The notes: generated by a model not told the origin, from the letters alone. 64,000 nucleotides of DNA from Vicinamibacterales bacterium (GCA_035250005.1 DATFFM010000106.1:9723-73722); one strand, 5' to 3'. Counted from the stretch's first letter, positions 35,916 through 45,124 are shown. A program made the numbers and translations.

Positions 35916-36386
35916 ATGCGCCTGCTGGTCCTTCTGCTGCTCGCGAGTGCCTCGCCTGCGCAACGCCCATCCGATATCGTGAAATGGTCCGCCACCGCGC
36001 CAGCCGTGATGACGAGTCCTGGCGGGACGGTAAAGGTCTCGCTCACGGCGAAGATCGAACGCGGGTGGAAGCTCTACGCGCTGACCCAGCCGGAAGGAGG
36101 GCCGCAGAAGCTGGCGATCGAGGTCGCCAGCGGCGCGCCGTTCACGGTCTCGCAGAAGCAGATCGCCGGGCCGGCGCCGAAGACGCTCGCCGACGAGAAC
36201 TTCGGCATGAAGACGCAGTATTACGAGAAAGCCGCGACCTTCACGGTGCCGGTCACCGTGTCGAAGACCGCCGCCACCGGCGCGCTGCGAATCCCGCTCG
36301 AAGTGACGTTCCAGGCCTGCGGCGAGAGTCTCTGTCTTCGCCCGTTCACCGAGAAGCTGGAGGTTGGCCTCAGCGTCGGGAAGTGA
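35916..36386 (+). CDS. DsbD N-terminal-like (DsbC/DsbD alpha) domain protein, secreted
   Basis: Signal peptide MRLLVLLLLASASPA; GWKLYAL; C-terminal QACGESLCLRP motif. Confidence 0.65.
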   Translation: MRLLVLLLLASASPAQRPSDIVKWSATAPAVMTSPGGTVKVSLTAKIERGWKLYALTQPEGGPQKLAIEVASGAPFTVSQKQIAGPAPKTLADENFGMKTQYYEKAATFTVPVTVSKTAATGALRIPLEVTFQACGESLCLRPFTEKLEVGLSVGK

Positions 36387-36410
36387 CCACCTCACACCGC
36401 CCGCAAACCC

Positions 36411-36896
36411 TCACACACCCTTCTTCAAAATCGCTATCTGCCCGGCGTGATAGGCATCGTGCTGCACGATGCCGTGGAGGAGCTCGTAGTAGGAGACGCC
36501 CACGCCGATCTCGCGATCTCGTGCGTCGTTGGACGGCGTAAAGAGGTTCGGCTCCGGAAAGTCCTTCACCGCCGACACGAGCAGCCGGTGCGCCAGCTCG
36601 AGCTTCTCCCGCGCATCGATCCAGCGCTCGGGGCTCACCTGCCCGACCACCGGCCAGTCGCCGGCTTCCGGTTCACCCGCCCGGGCGCCCGCCAGCCGGT
36701 GGCGCACCTCGTTCTTCCAGCCGGTCATGTGGAGCACGAGCTCCCAGATGCTGTGGGCGCCGGCGAGCGGCTTCGACGCCGCCTGTTCCCAGGTGATGCC
36801 ATCGAGGATCTGCGACAGCGGCGACCCATGCCACGGGTCACCGGCATGCTCGCGTTCGAGCTGGTCGACGATTCGGGCGATCTCGTTCAAGGCCAT
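36411..36896 (-). CDS. DinB-family protein
   Basis: HSIWELVLHMTGW and HDAYHAGQIAILKK (His triad of the DinB four-helix bundle). Confidence 0.8.
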   Translation of the reverse strand: MALNEIARIVDQLEREHAGDPWHGSPLSQILDGITWEQAASKPLAGAHSIWELVLHMTGWKNEVRHRLAGARAGEPEAGDWPVVGQVSPERWIDAREKLELAHRLLVSAVKDFPEPNLFTPSNDARDREIGVGVSYYELLHGIVQHDAYHAGQIAILKKGV

Positions 36897-36923
36897 GATT
36901 CAACACTGCTCCGGAGGCGGGAC

Positions 36924-38180
36924 TCATTCGATCAGCAGGGCTCCCGGATCCTCGATCAGCTCCTTGACGCGTACCAGGAACCGGACGGCTTCGGAGCCGT
37001 CGACGATCCGGTGATCGTAGGTGAGCGCCGTGTACATCATCGGCCGCAGGACGATCTGGCCGTCGACCCCGACGGGCCGGTCCTTGATGGCGTGCAGACC
37101 GAGGATGCCGACCTGCGGCGGGTTGAGGATCGGCGTGCTCTGGAGCGAACCGAAGACGCCGCCGTTGGTGATGGTGAAGGTGCCTCCCTTGAGGTCGGCC
37201 AGCGACAGGGAACCGTCGTCCGCCTTCTTCGCCAGCTCGCGGGTGCGGGCTTCGATCTCGGCGAACGACATCTGGTCGGCGTCGCGCAGGACCGGCACGA
37301 CGAGCCCCTCGCTCGCGCCGACCGCGATGCCGATATCGTAGTAGTGCTTCAGCACCATCTCGTCCCCCTGGATCTCGGCGTTGATCCGGGGGAACGCGTG
37401 CAGCGCGCCGATGACCGCCTTGACGAAGAAGGACGTCAGCCCGAGGCCGATGCCATGGCGCTCCTTGAAGCTCTCCTTGTGGCGGGCGCGCAGCGCCTGG
37501 ACGGCCGACATGTCCACCTCGTTGAAGGTGGTGAGCATCGCCGCTGTGCTCTGGACCTCGACGAGACGCCTGGCGATCGTCGCGCGGCGCTTCGACATGC
37601 GGATGCGTTCTTCAGTCCGCTCGCCGGCAGCCCGGCGCTGGGCGATGGGCGCGGGCGCAGGCGTCGCCCGAGCCTGGCTGGGCCGGGGCGCAGGAGGACC
37701 GGCGGGCTGTTCCACCGCCGGGGCGAAGGCCCCTTCGACATCGCGCTTCATGACGCGCCCGGCATCGCCGCTGCCCTTCACGCTGGCGAGATCGACGGCA
37801 TTCTTCTCGGCTGCCTTGCGCGCAGTCGGCGTCGCTCGGGTTTTGGCAGCAGCCGCCGCACCCGCCGCACTCTTTGCCTCCTCCGGGCTTTCAGTGGCGG
37901 CGCCGGCCGCACTGCCGGCATTCGCAGCACCAGCCGCGGCGGCACCCTCATCGATGACGCCGAGCACGTCACCGACCTTCACGTCGGCGCCGTCCTTGTG
38001 ATCGATCCGGGCGAGCAGGCCGGCGTGCGGGGCGGCGACCTCGAGGTCGATCTTGTCGGTCTCGAGCTCGACGAGCGGATCCCCCGCGGCCACGCTGTCG
38101 CCTTCGTGCTTCAGCCACTTCGCGACCCGCGCATCGACGATCGACTCGCCGACTTCCGGCACGACAATGTTCACGCTCAT
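36924..38180 (-). CDS. sucB: 2-oxoglutarate dehydrogenase E2, dihydrolipoyllysine-residue succinyltransferase
   Basis: Lipoyl domain VELETDKIDLEV, Ala/Pro linker, catalytic LTYDHRIVDG. Confidence 0.9.
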   Translation of the reverse strand: MSVNIVVPEVGESIVDARVAKWLKHEGDSVAAGDPLVELETDKIDLEVAAPHAGLLARIDHKDGADVKVGDVLGVIDEGAAAAGAANAGSAAGAATESPEEAKSAAGAAAAAKTRATPTARKAAEKNAVDLASVKGSGDAGRVMKRDVEGAFAPAVEQPAGPPAPRPSQARATPAPAPIAQRRAAGERTEERIRMSKRRATIARRLVEVQSTAAMLTTFNEVDMSAVQALRARHKESFKERHGIGLGLTSFFVKAVIGALHAFPRINAEIQGDEMVLKHYYDIGIAVGASEGLVVPVLRDADQMSFAEIEARTRELAKKADDGSLSLADLKGGTFTITNGGVFGSLQSTPILNPPQVGILGLHAIKDRPVGVDGQIVLRPMMYTALTYDHRIVDGSEAVRFLVRVKELIEDPGALLIE

Positions 38181-38182
38181 AA

Positions 38183-38296
38183 GATCCCTAATCCCTGATC
38201 CCTAATCCCTGATCCCTAATCCCTGATCCCTGATCCCTGATCCCTGATCCTGATCCTTGGTCTGATTAGAGATCAGGGATTAGTGACCAGGGATCC
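38183..38296. repeat. 11 x (G/A)ATCCCT heptamer array followed by an inverted arm (GATTAGA GATCAGG GATTAGT GACCAGG)
   Basis: Array 38183-38258 starts 2 nt from the sucB ATG. Inverted arm 38264-38296 includes the sucA stop and last 7 codons. The minus (mRNA) strand reads (AGGGAT[CT]) x9. Confidence 0.9.
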
Positions 38297-41083
38297 GGTG
38301 GCTGCCTTCTCGGCCACCTTGCCGCCCGAGCCGGGGGCGGCTCCGAACGCACGGTCGACGAGCGCCTGCTGGTTGGTCGCGTGGCGCGCGGCGGAGCCTT
38401 CGGCCGGGCTCGCGCTGCGCGGCCGGGCGATCCGGCGCACGGTTCGCCCACCCGCCAGCTCCGTGAGGTGCGGGCGGATGAACTCCCACGCGCCCATGTT
38501 CTCCGGCTCCTCCTGGACCCAGATGACCTCTTCGGCGCTCGCATACGCCTCGAGCATGCCGCGGAGATCGCGCATCGGCACGGGGTAGAGCTGTTCGAGC
38601 CGGCAGATCGCGACGTCCGGCCGCTGGGCGCGATGTTCGCTGACCATCAGGTCGACGAAGACCTTGCCGGAGCAGACCAGCACCCGCCGGATCTCGCTCG
38701 CCCGATCCGCAGCATCGGCGTCCGGAATCACCATCCGGAACCGGCCCTCCGCCAGCTCCCGCGGCGCGGACGCCACCATCGCGTGGCGCAGCAGGCTCTT
38801 CGGCGTCAGCACGACGAGCGGGAGCGGGTCCACCTCCAGCAGCGCCGCCTGGCGGCGAAGCAGGTGAAAGTATTGAGCCGCGGTCGTGCAGTTGGCGATG
38901 CGGACGTTGATGTCGGCCGCGAGCTGCAGAAAACGCTCCGGCCGCGCACTCGCATGGTCCGGCCCCTGCCCCTCGTGCCCGTGCGGCAGCAGCAGCACGA
39001 GCGACGGCCGCAGCCCCCACTTGCCCCGCGCCGAGACGAGGAACTCGTCGATCATCGTCTGCGCGCCGTTGATGAAGTCGCCGTACTGCGCCTCCCAGAT
39101 GACGAGGCGCAGCGGCTCCTGGATGTTGTAGCCGAACTCGAAGCCGATCAGCGCGTTCTCGGTCAGCGGACTGTTGTGGATCTCGAACGCCGCGCGCGCC
39201 TGCGGGATCTGCTGCAGCGGCACGTGAACGGCGCCGGTGTTCACGTCGTGGAACACCGCATGGCGATGGCTGAACGTGCCGCGCTCGACGTCTTCGCCGG
39301 TCAGCCGGATGGCGGCGCCATCGGCGAGGATCGATGCGAACGCCAGCTCCTCGGCGGCCGCCCAGTCCACGGTCCGCTCATCGGCACTGTCGAGAATCGC
39401 CGGCCGCTTCTCGCGCACGCGTTCGAGCTTGCGATGGATCGCGAATCCGTCGGGCAGCCGCACGAGCGACGCGTTCAGCTCGCGCAGCCGGTCGAGCGGC
39501 ACCGCCGTGGCGGCCTTCATCGCCGCGCCCGCCGGCGGCGCCTCGGGCTCCGGCTCGATGTAATCCTGCTCCGGCTTCAGCGTGTCCATCGTCTGCTGCA
39601 GCGCCGACATGTATCTGGCCGACAGCTGGTCCGCCGCTTCGGGGGTGATCGCGCCGCGGTCGGCGAGCGTGGCCGCCCAGATCTGCCGCACGGTTGGATG
39701 CGCCGAGATCTTCTGGTACATGAGCGGCTGCGTGAACGCCGGTTCGTCCCCCTCGTTGTGCCCGTAGCGGCGGTAGCCGATCAGATCGATCAGAAAATCG
39801 CGCTGGAACTGCTTCCGGTATGCGATCGCGAGGCGAGCGGCCTCGACGCACGCCTCCGGGTCGTCGGCGTTGACGTGAATGATCGGGATCTTGAACCCGC
39901 GCGCAAGCCCGCTGGCGTATGACGTGCTGTAAATGTCTTCAGCCCCGGTCGTGAACCCGAGCTGGTTGTTTACGATGATATGGATCGTGCCGCCGGTGTT
40001 GTAGCCCTGCAGCCGCGACAGGTTCAACGTTTCGGCCACCACCCCCTGGCCGGGGAAGGCCGCGTCGCCGTGGATCAGGATCGGCAGGCTGCAGGTGGGA
40101 TCGAACTTGGCCGGCCCCGGTTCGCCGACCGATGTTCCGGCCGCGCGCGCCATCCCCAGAACGACCGGATCGACCGCCTCGAGGTGGCTCGGGTTGGGCG
40201 GCATCGCAACGAAGACATCCAGGGCGGCCCCCCCTTTCAGCGCGCGCCGGGCACCGGCGTGATACTTCACGTCGCCGGTCCAGGCCATGTCTTCCCTGAA
40301 GCTCCTGCCTGAAACCGGATCCTTGAACTCCGCCAGGATCTGCGCGTACGGCTTGTTCAGCACGTGCGCCATGACGTTCAGGCGCCCGCGGTGCGCCATT
40401 CCGATGAGGATGTGACGCGCGCCGAACTCCGCCGAGTCGCCGATGATCTCGTCGAGCACCGGCACGAGCATGTCGAGCCCCTCGATCGAAAACCGGGTCT
40501 TGCCCGGGAACGTCCGGTGCAGAAAGCGCTCGAACGCCTCGACCTGCGACAGCCGGTCGAGCAGCGCCGCCGGATCGATCGGGTCGGCGGGCGAGCGGAA
40601 CCGTCCGGATTCCACCGCCTGCCGCAGCCATCGCCGCTCCTCGGGGACGAACACGTGCGCGAAGTCGTAGCCGGTGGTCGAACAGTAGACGCCCCGGAAC
40701 GCCTCGGCAACTTCGTACATGTTCGCGGCGCTCTCGGCCAGCCCCGACCAGATCAGCGAAGCGGGCAACGCCCGAAGATCCGCATTCGTCACGCCGTGTG
40801 TTTCCGGCAGGAGAGACGGGTCCCCGGGCGGGCGGGAACCGAGCGGGTCGAGCTGCGCGGCGAGATGCCCGTACCGGCGGATGGACTGCACCAGGTTGAC
40901 GGCCCCGACGCTGTTCAGGACCGGCTGCCCGCCAGTCTCGAGCGCTTCTTCGACGTGCGGCGTCCATTGCTCGAACAGCGCACGGGTGCCGGCGTCGACC
41001 GAAGCCGGATCCTGCCGGTACCGGTCGTACAACTCGAGCACGTATCCGCGGTTGAGATCGCTGAATTCCTGCCAGCCGGGCAT
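38273..41083 (-). CDS. sucA: 2-oxoglutarate dehydrogenase E1 component
   Basis: 936 aa. MAHRGRLNVMAHVL, GDAAFPGQGVV, GYRRYGHNEGDEP and the typical E1o C-terminal domain. Confidence 0.9.
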   Translation of the reverse strand: MPGWQEFSDLNRGYVLELYDRYRQDPASVDAGTRALFEQWTPHVEEALETGGQPVLNSVGAVNLVQSIRRYGHLAAQLDPLGSRPPGDPSLLPETHGVTNADLRALPASLIWSGLAESAANMYEVAEAFRGVYCSTTGYDFAHVFVPEERRWLRQAVESGRFRSPADPIDPAALLDRLSQVEAFERFLHRTFPGKTRFSIEGLDMLVPVLDEIIGDSAEFGARHILIGMAHRGRLNVMAHVLNKPYAQILAEFKDPVSGRSFREDMAWTGDVKYHAGARRALKGGAALDVFVAMPPNPSHLEAVDPVVLGMARAAGTSVGEPGPAKFDPTCSLPILIHGDAAFPGQGVVAETLNLSRLQGYNTGGTIHIIVNNQLGFTTGAEDIYSTSYASGLARGFKIPIIHVNADDPEACVEAARLAIAYRKQFQRDFLIDLIGYRRYGHNEGDEPAFTQPLMYQKISAHPTVRQIWAATLADRGAITPEAADQLSARYMSALQQTMDTLKPEQDYIEPEPEAPPAGAAMKAATAVPLDRLRELNASLVRLPDGFAIHRKLERVREKRPAILDSADERTVDWAAAEELAFASILADGAAIRLTGEDVERGTFSHRHAVFHDVNTGAVHVPLQQIPQARAAFEIHNSPLTENALIGFEFGYNIQEPLRLVIWEAQYGDFINGAQTMIDEFLVSARGKWGLRPSLVLLLPHGHEGQGPDHASARPERFLQLAADINVRIANCTTAAQYFHLLRRQAALLEVDPLPLVVLTPKSLLRHAMVASAPRELAEGRFRMVIPDADAADRASEIRRVLVCSGKVFVDLMVSEHRAQRPDVAICRLEQLYPVPMRDLRGMLEAYASAEEVIWVQEEPENMGAWEFIRPHLTELAGGRTVRRIARPRSASPAEGSAARHATNQQALVDRAFGAAPGSGGKVAEKAATGSLVTNP

Positions 41084-41088
41084 GTCTC

Positions 41089-41094
41089 TATAAT
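41089..41094 (+). promoter_or_regulatory. perfect TATAAT hexamer 8 nt upstream of esterase ATG (candidate -10 of a leaderless transcript)
   Basis: Only 19 bp separate the divergent start codons 41083 (sucA) and 41103. There is no SD before 41103 and no good -35 (TTCCTG). Confidence 0.3.
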
Positions 41095-41102
41095 CCTATC
41101 GC

Positions 41103-41987
41103 ATGCACTTTGTTCTCCTGGCCGCGCTCGCGCTTCACATTCCTGCACAATTCGACCTCAAAACGCGGCCCGGCGTCGGCCACCAGACACCCGGCACACA
41201 GGCGAAGAACGCACAAGCCAGGCTCCTTGAGGAGTCGGTTCAGAGCGCCGCGCTCGGCCGAGCCATGAAGTACCGCGTGCTCCTGCCGGCTGGGTACGAG
41301 ACGACTCTGCGGCGCTACCCGGTCCTCTACCTGCTGCACGGCCTCACCGGTGACTACAAGGACTGGACGACGCGCACGAACCTGGCTGAGTACAGCCGTG
41401 CGCTGCCGCTGATCATCGTGATGCCGGATGGCGAGAACCAGTGGTACACGAACGCCGCCGGCGGCGGGGCGCGCTTCGAGGACTACATCCTCACCGACCT
41501 CCAGGCAGACGTCGTCCGGAAGTTCCGGACGATCAATTCCCGGTTCGGACGGGCGATCGCGGGGCTTTCGATGGGCGGGTATGGCGCGCTGAAGATGGCG
41601 CTGAAACGCCCCGGCGCTTTTGCGGTCGCGGCCAGCTTCAGCGGCGCGTTCGGCGTCGGCGACGGTGAGGTGGAACGGCTCATCGGCCAGGCCGAGGCCG
41701 AGCGGATGCAGCAGATTTTCGGTCCGGCCGGTGGTCAGACCAGGAAGGAGAACGATGTCTTCCTGCTGGCCTCGGCGATGAAACCCGCCACCGCGCCCTA
41801 TATTTATGTCGACTGTGGAATCGCCGACAACGCGCTGATCGCCGCCAACCGCGAAGTAATCGCGGCGCTGCACAAAGCCGGCGTCGCCTACGAGTACCAC
41901 GAGGTGGCCGGAGCGCACACGTGGGATTACTGGGATCGCCGGATTCGCGAGTTCCTGCCGCTGCTGATGAAGAGGCTGGCTAACTGA
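41103..41987 (+). CDS. esterase family protein (PF00756-like, esterase D type), secreted
   Basis: RYPVLYLLHGLTGDYKDW; nucleophile elbow GLSMGGYGAL; N-terminal signal-like MHFVLLAALALHIPA. Confidence 0.8.
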   Translation: MHFVLLAALALHIPAQFDLKTRPGVGHQTPGTQAKNAQARLLEESVQSAALGRAMKYRVLLPAGYETTLRRYPVLYLLHGLTGDYKDWTTRTNLAEYSRALPLIIVMPDGENQWYTNAAGGGARFEDYILTDLQADVVRKFRTINSRFGRAIAGLSMGGYGALKMALKRPGAFAVAASFSGAFGVGDGEVERLIGQAEAERMQQIFGPAGGQTRKENDVFLLASAMKPATAPYIYVDCGIADNALIAANREVIAALHKAGVAYEYHEVAGAHTWDYWDRRIREFLPLLMKRLAN

Positions 41988-41989
41988 GA

Positions 41990-42068
41990 CAACTCCAAAT
42001 CTCAAACTTCAAACTCCAAAAAGAGCTCATCCCGAGCTTTGGAGTTTGAAGTTTGAAGTTTGGAGTTG
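41990..42068. repeat. near-perfect ~35-bp hairpin built from CT(C/T)CAAA / TTTG(A/G)AG heptamers; candidate bidirectional terminator
   Basis: Left arm CAACTCCAAATCTCAAACTTCAAACTCCAAA 41990-42020; right arm TTTGGAGTTTGAAGTTTGAAGTTTGGAGTTG 42038-42068. The inner AGCTC/GAGCT pairs leave a 5-nt loop. It exactly fills the gap between convergent stops 41987 and 42072. Confidence 0.85.
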
Positions 42069-42071
42069 TAG

Positions 42072-44765
42072 CTATTCGTACCGCAGAGCCTGAATCGGAT
42101 TCACCCGGCTCGCCCTCCAGGCCGGCACCCATCCCGCGACCAGCGCGACCGCACCCAGCGTGATCGCGACCACGGCGATCGTCAGCGGATCCGATGGGGT
42201 GACACCGTAGAGCAGCCGAGACAGCATCGGGCCCGCCAGCAGCAGCAGGCCTATGCCGAGCACCAGGCCGACTGCAGCCAGCCGGCCGACCTGCATCAGG
42301 ACGAGGCGGAGCACGTCGCTGCGCTCGGCGCCGATCGCCATCCGCACGCCGATCTCCTGCGTGCGCGCGCTGACCATGTACGACATCACGCCGTAGATGC
42401 CGATCGCCGCCAGCACGAGCGCAAGGATCGCGAAGCTGCTCAGCAGCATCGCCGAAACGCGTTGCTGAAACGACGACTGGGCCAGCGCCTCCTCCATGGT
42501 CTGGATCGCATACACCGGCTGCTCGGGGTCGATCGAGGCCACGGCGCTGCGGATCGACGGCACGAGCGACGCCGAATCGGCTTCGGAGCGGACGATGAGG
42601 AACAACTGGTTCCAGGCATCGCGGCCGCGCTCCATCGAGATGAACACTTCGGGCCGGACCGGAGCCCCGGCGCCATTGTTCCGTGCATCGCCGACAACCC
42701 CGATGATCTCCGCCCACTCTCCCGGGCCGCCGCGGCCGATCATCCTCACACGCCCGCTGACCGGCTCGCGCCCGCCCAGATACCGCTGCACGAATGCCTG
42801 ATTCACGACGACGCGGGCAGGCGTGCCCGGTTTGTCTTCGGCTGTGAACGTGCGGCCCTTCAGCAGCGGCACCTGAATCGCCCTGAAGTAATCACGGGAC
42901 GCGATCGTCGTGTTGGCCGTCGGCAGCATCGTCCCGCTGGCGGGTGCGCCTTCCACCTCGATCTGGCTCGAGAATGGCCCCATCGGCGGATACTGCGAGA
43001 CCATGCCGGTCGCACTGACGCCCGGGACGGCCTGCACGCGACGCGTCAGCTCCTCGAAGAACGCGGTGATCGCTTCACCGGTTGGATACTTCTGCTGCGG
43101 CAGCGTGAGCCGCATGGTGAGCACGTTCTTCGGCTGGAACCCGAGCTCCGCCCCCTGCATATTGACGAAGCTCCGCATCAACAGACCCGCGCCGAGGAGC
43201 AGCACGACCGACAGCGCGATCTCCGCAACGATCAGCCCGTGGCGCAACCGGGCGCCGGCCCGGCCCTCGCCGGTGCGCCCGTCCGACTTCAGCGAATCAT
43301 GCGGATCGGTCCGTGTCGCCTGCAGCGCCGGCAGCAGCGCCACCAGGACGCCGGCAATCGTTCCCATCGCCGCACACCACAGGAGCACGCGGCCATTCAC
43401 GCTGGCCTGCAGATCGAGCGTCGCGAACTGCGCCGGGATCAGGGCGTCCGAAAAACGAAGACCGACATGAGCGAAGAGGGTGCCGACCAGGGCGCCCGCG
43501 AACGCGAGCATCAGACTCTCAATGAGCAACTGGCGGGCGATCCGCCAGCGCGCTGCCCCGAGCGCGAGACGCACGGCCAGCTCGCGGCGTCTGGTCGTCG
43601 ATCGCGCGAGCATGAGGTTCGCGAGGTTTGCGCAGGCAATCAGCAGGACGAAGCCCACCGCGCCGAGGAGCATGAATGCGGCCGGGCGAATGTCCTGCAG
43701 CAGCGCCGCGGCCCACGGCGTGGCGGTCAGCCGCCAGCCGGCGTACTCCTTGAACTGCGCGCTCTCGGCCTGTTCCACCTGCGCGGCAATCGTGGCGAGC
43801 TCCGCGTTCGCCGACGCGAGCGTTGCGCCAGGCGCGAGCCGCGCGAGGATCGTGAACTGCCTGATGTTGCGCGGGATCTGTGCCGGGTCCCCTCCCCACG
43901 GGACCCACAGATCCGCGCCGATGAGCACCAGATCCCTGGGCATCACGCCGACGACCGTCGACCCGCGGCCGCTGATGCGGATCGTCCGATTGATGATTCC
44001 CGGATCGCCGCCGAATCGCGACTGCCACAACCGGTGGCTGATGATGGCCACGTCGGGCCCTCCCGGCGCGAGCTCCTCGGGCGTGAATCCGCGGCCGAGA
44101 TGCGGCCTGAGCCCGATGACCGGGAACAGGTCGTCGAGAAGGAGCGCAGTGAAGACGCGTTCGGGCACATCTCCACCGGAGAGGTTTCGGTTGCCGAGAT
44201 CGAGCGCGGCGATCTGCGCGAAGGAGCGGCTGCGTTTGATGTCCGCATACTCCGGCGTGGAAAGCGCCTCGATGTAAGTCGTGTCGGAAGAGACCTTCGG
44301 GAAAGTGCCACCGATCGCCACGAGCCGGTCCGAGTCGGGATAGGGAAACGGGTGGAACACGAAGCCGTCGAGCAACCCGAAGATCAAGCTGTTGCCGCCG
44401 ATCCCGAGAGCCAGCGAGAGAACGGCGATGGCGGTGAACCCGGGCCGGCGCGTGAACTGCCGAATCGCGTAGCGAATGTCCTGGAGGAGGCTTTCCATGG
44501 GGCTCCTTCGTGGCTGCCGGGGGAGGCCAGGCGCCCCGCGGCCGGTGATGTCGTGGAAGCGATGGGTAATCCCGCGATAACGCTGGCGGCCGGCGCTGGC
44601 GAGAAGGTCGGTCAACAGGTGCCGCCAGAGGGCCAGGGCCGCCGGAGCACCGCGGCTCCCGGCGGCGGCGCGCTCCTGATCGAACGCGTCCAGCAGCTCG
44701 GCGCGGTACCGGCGGCGGAACGCGGCCGGGTACAACAGCAGCAGGAGGCGATAGATCGTTCTCAC
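42072..44765 (-). CDS. ADOP-type duplicated FtsX/MacB-like permease with N-terminal cytoplasmic prefix domain
   Basis: YRLLLLLYPAAFRRRYRAELLDAF prefix; two MacB_PCD-plus-FtsX halves (...LACANLANLMLARSTTRRRELAVRLALGA..., ...RTQEIGVRMAIGA...). GTG start overlaps the padR stop (GTGA). Confidence 0.85.
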   Translation of the reverse strand: MRTIYRLLLLLYPAAFRRRYRAELLDAFDQERAAAGSRGAPAALALWRHLLTDLLASAGRQRYRGITHRFHDITGRGAPGLPRQPRRSPMESLLQDIRYAIRQFTRRPGFTAIAVLSLALGIGGNSLIFGLLDGFVFHPFPYPDSDRLVAIGGTFPKVSSDTTYIEALSTPEYADIKRSRSFAQIAALDLGNRNLSGGDVPERVFTALLLDDLFPVIGLRPHLGRGFTPEELAPGGPDVAIISHRLWQSRFGGDPGIINRTIRISGRGSTVVGVMPRDLVLIGADLWVPWGGDPAQIPRNIRQFTILARLAPGATLASANAELATIAAQVEQAESAQFKEYAGWRLTATPWAAALLQDIRPAAFMLLGAVGFVLLIACANLANLMLARSTTRRRELAVRLALGAARWRIARQLLIESLMLAFAGALVGTLFAHVGLRFSDALIPAQFATLDLQASVNGRVLLWCAAMGTIAGVLVALLPALQATRTDPHDSLKSDGRTGEGRAGARLRHGLIVAEIALSVVLLLGAGLLMRSFVNMQGAELGFQPKNVLTMRLTLPQQKYPTGEAITAFFEELTRRVQAVPGVSATGMVSQYPPMGPFSSQIEVEGAPASGTMLPTANTTIASRDYFRAIQVPLLKGRTFTAEDKPGTPARVVVNQAFVQRYLGGREPVSGRVRMIGRGGPGEWAEIIGVVGDARNNGAGAPVRPEVFISMERGRDAWNQLFLIVRSEADSASLVPSIRSAVASIDPEQPVYAIQTMEEALAQSSFQQRVSAMLLSSFAILALVLAAIGIYGVMSYMVSARTQEIGVRMAIGAERSDVLRLVLMQVGRLAAVGLVLGIGLLLLAGPMLSRLLYGVTPSDPLTIAVVAITLGAVALVAGWVPAWRASRVNPIQALRYE

Positions 44766-45124
44766 GCCAGCCCCTTGCGCAGTTTCGGGTTCGACCGTGC
44801 GTGGTCGACGATGGCGTCGAGCTGGCGAAGCTCGTCGCGAAGCAAGTCCCAGCCCCGTTCGGTCAGCTGGTAGTAACGCCGCTGCGCCTCCTGCCCGTTG
44901 GCCGGTGCTTCGCCGCGCGGGCTGGCCTCTTCGATCAGGCCGCCATCCTGGAGCCGCTGGATGGCTTCGTACAGCGTGCCGGGGCCAAGGCGCAGCCCGG
45001 TGCGTTCTTCGACATCCTGCTTGATGGCATAGCCGTGACGGGCGCCGTCGGCCAGCGCCAGAAGGATGTGGAGAACGGGCTGCGAAAGGGGTTTGCGAGG
45101 GTCCTGCGGCTTGGTCCGGGGCAT
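44762..45124 (-). CDS. PadR-family transcriptional regulator (acidobacterial type)
   Basis: ATG 45124. LSQPVLHILLALADGARHGYAIKQDVEERTGLRLGPGTLYEAIQRLQDGGLIEE...RRYYQLTERG. Confidence 0.85.
   Translation of the reverse strand: MPRTKPQDPRKPLSQPVLHILLALADGARHGYAIKQDVEERTGLRLGPGTLYEAIQRLQDGGLIEEASPRGEAPANGQEAQRRYYQLTERGWDLLRDELRQLDAIVDHARSNPKLRKGLA

Noticed and set aside
38183-38258. CRISPR array or telomere-like terminal repeat (ATTAGGG/ATCAGGG units). The same question applies to the other heptamer and 9-mer arrays.
   Set aside because: The units are 7-9 nt with no unique spacers, so this is not CRISPR. The arrays are internal and flanked on both sides by housekeeping genes, so they are not replicon ends. 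No cas or telomere-resolvase genes are present.
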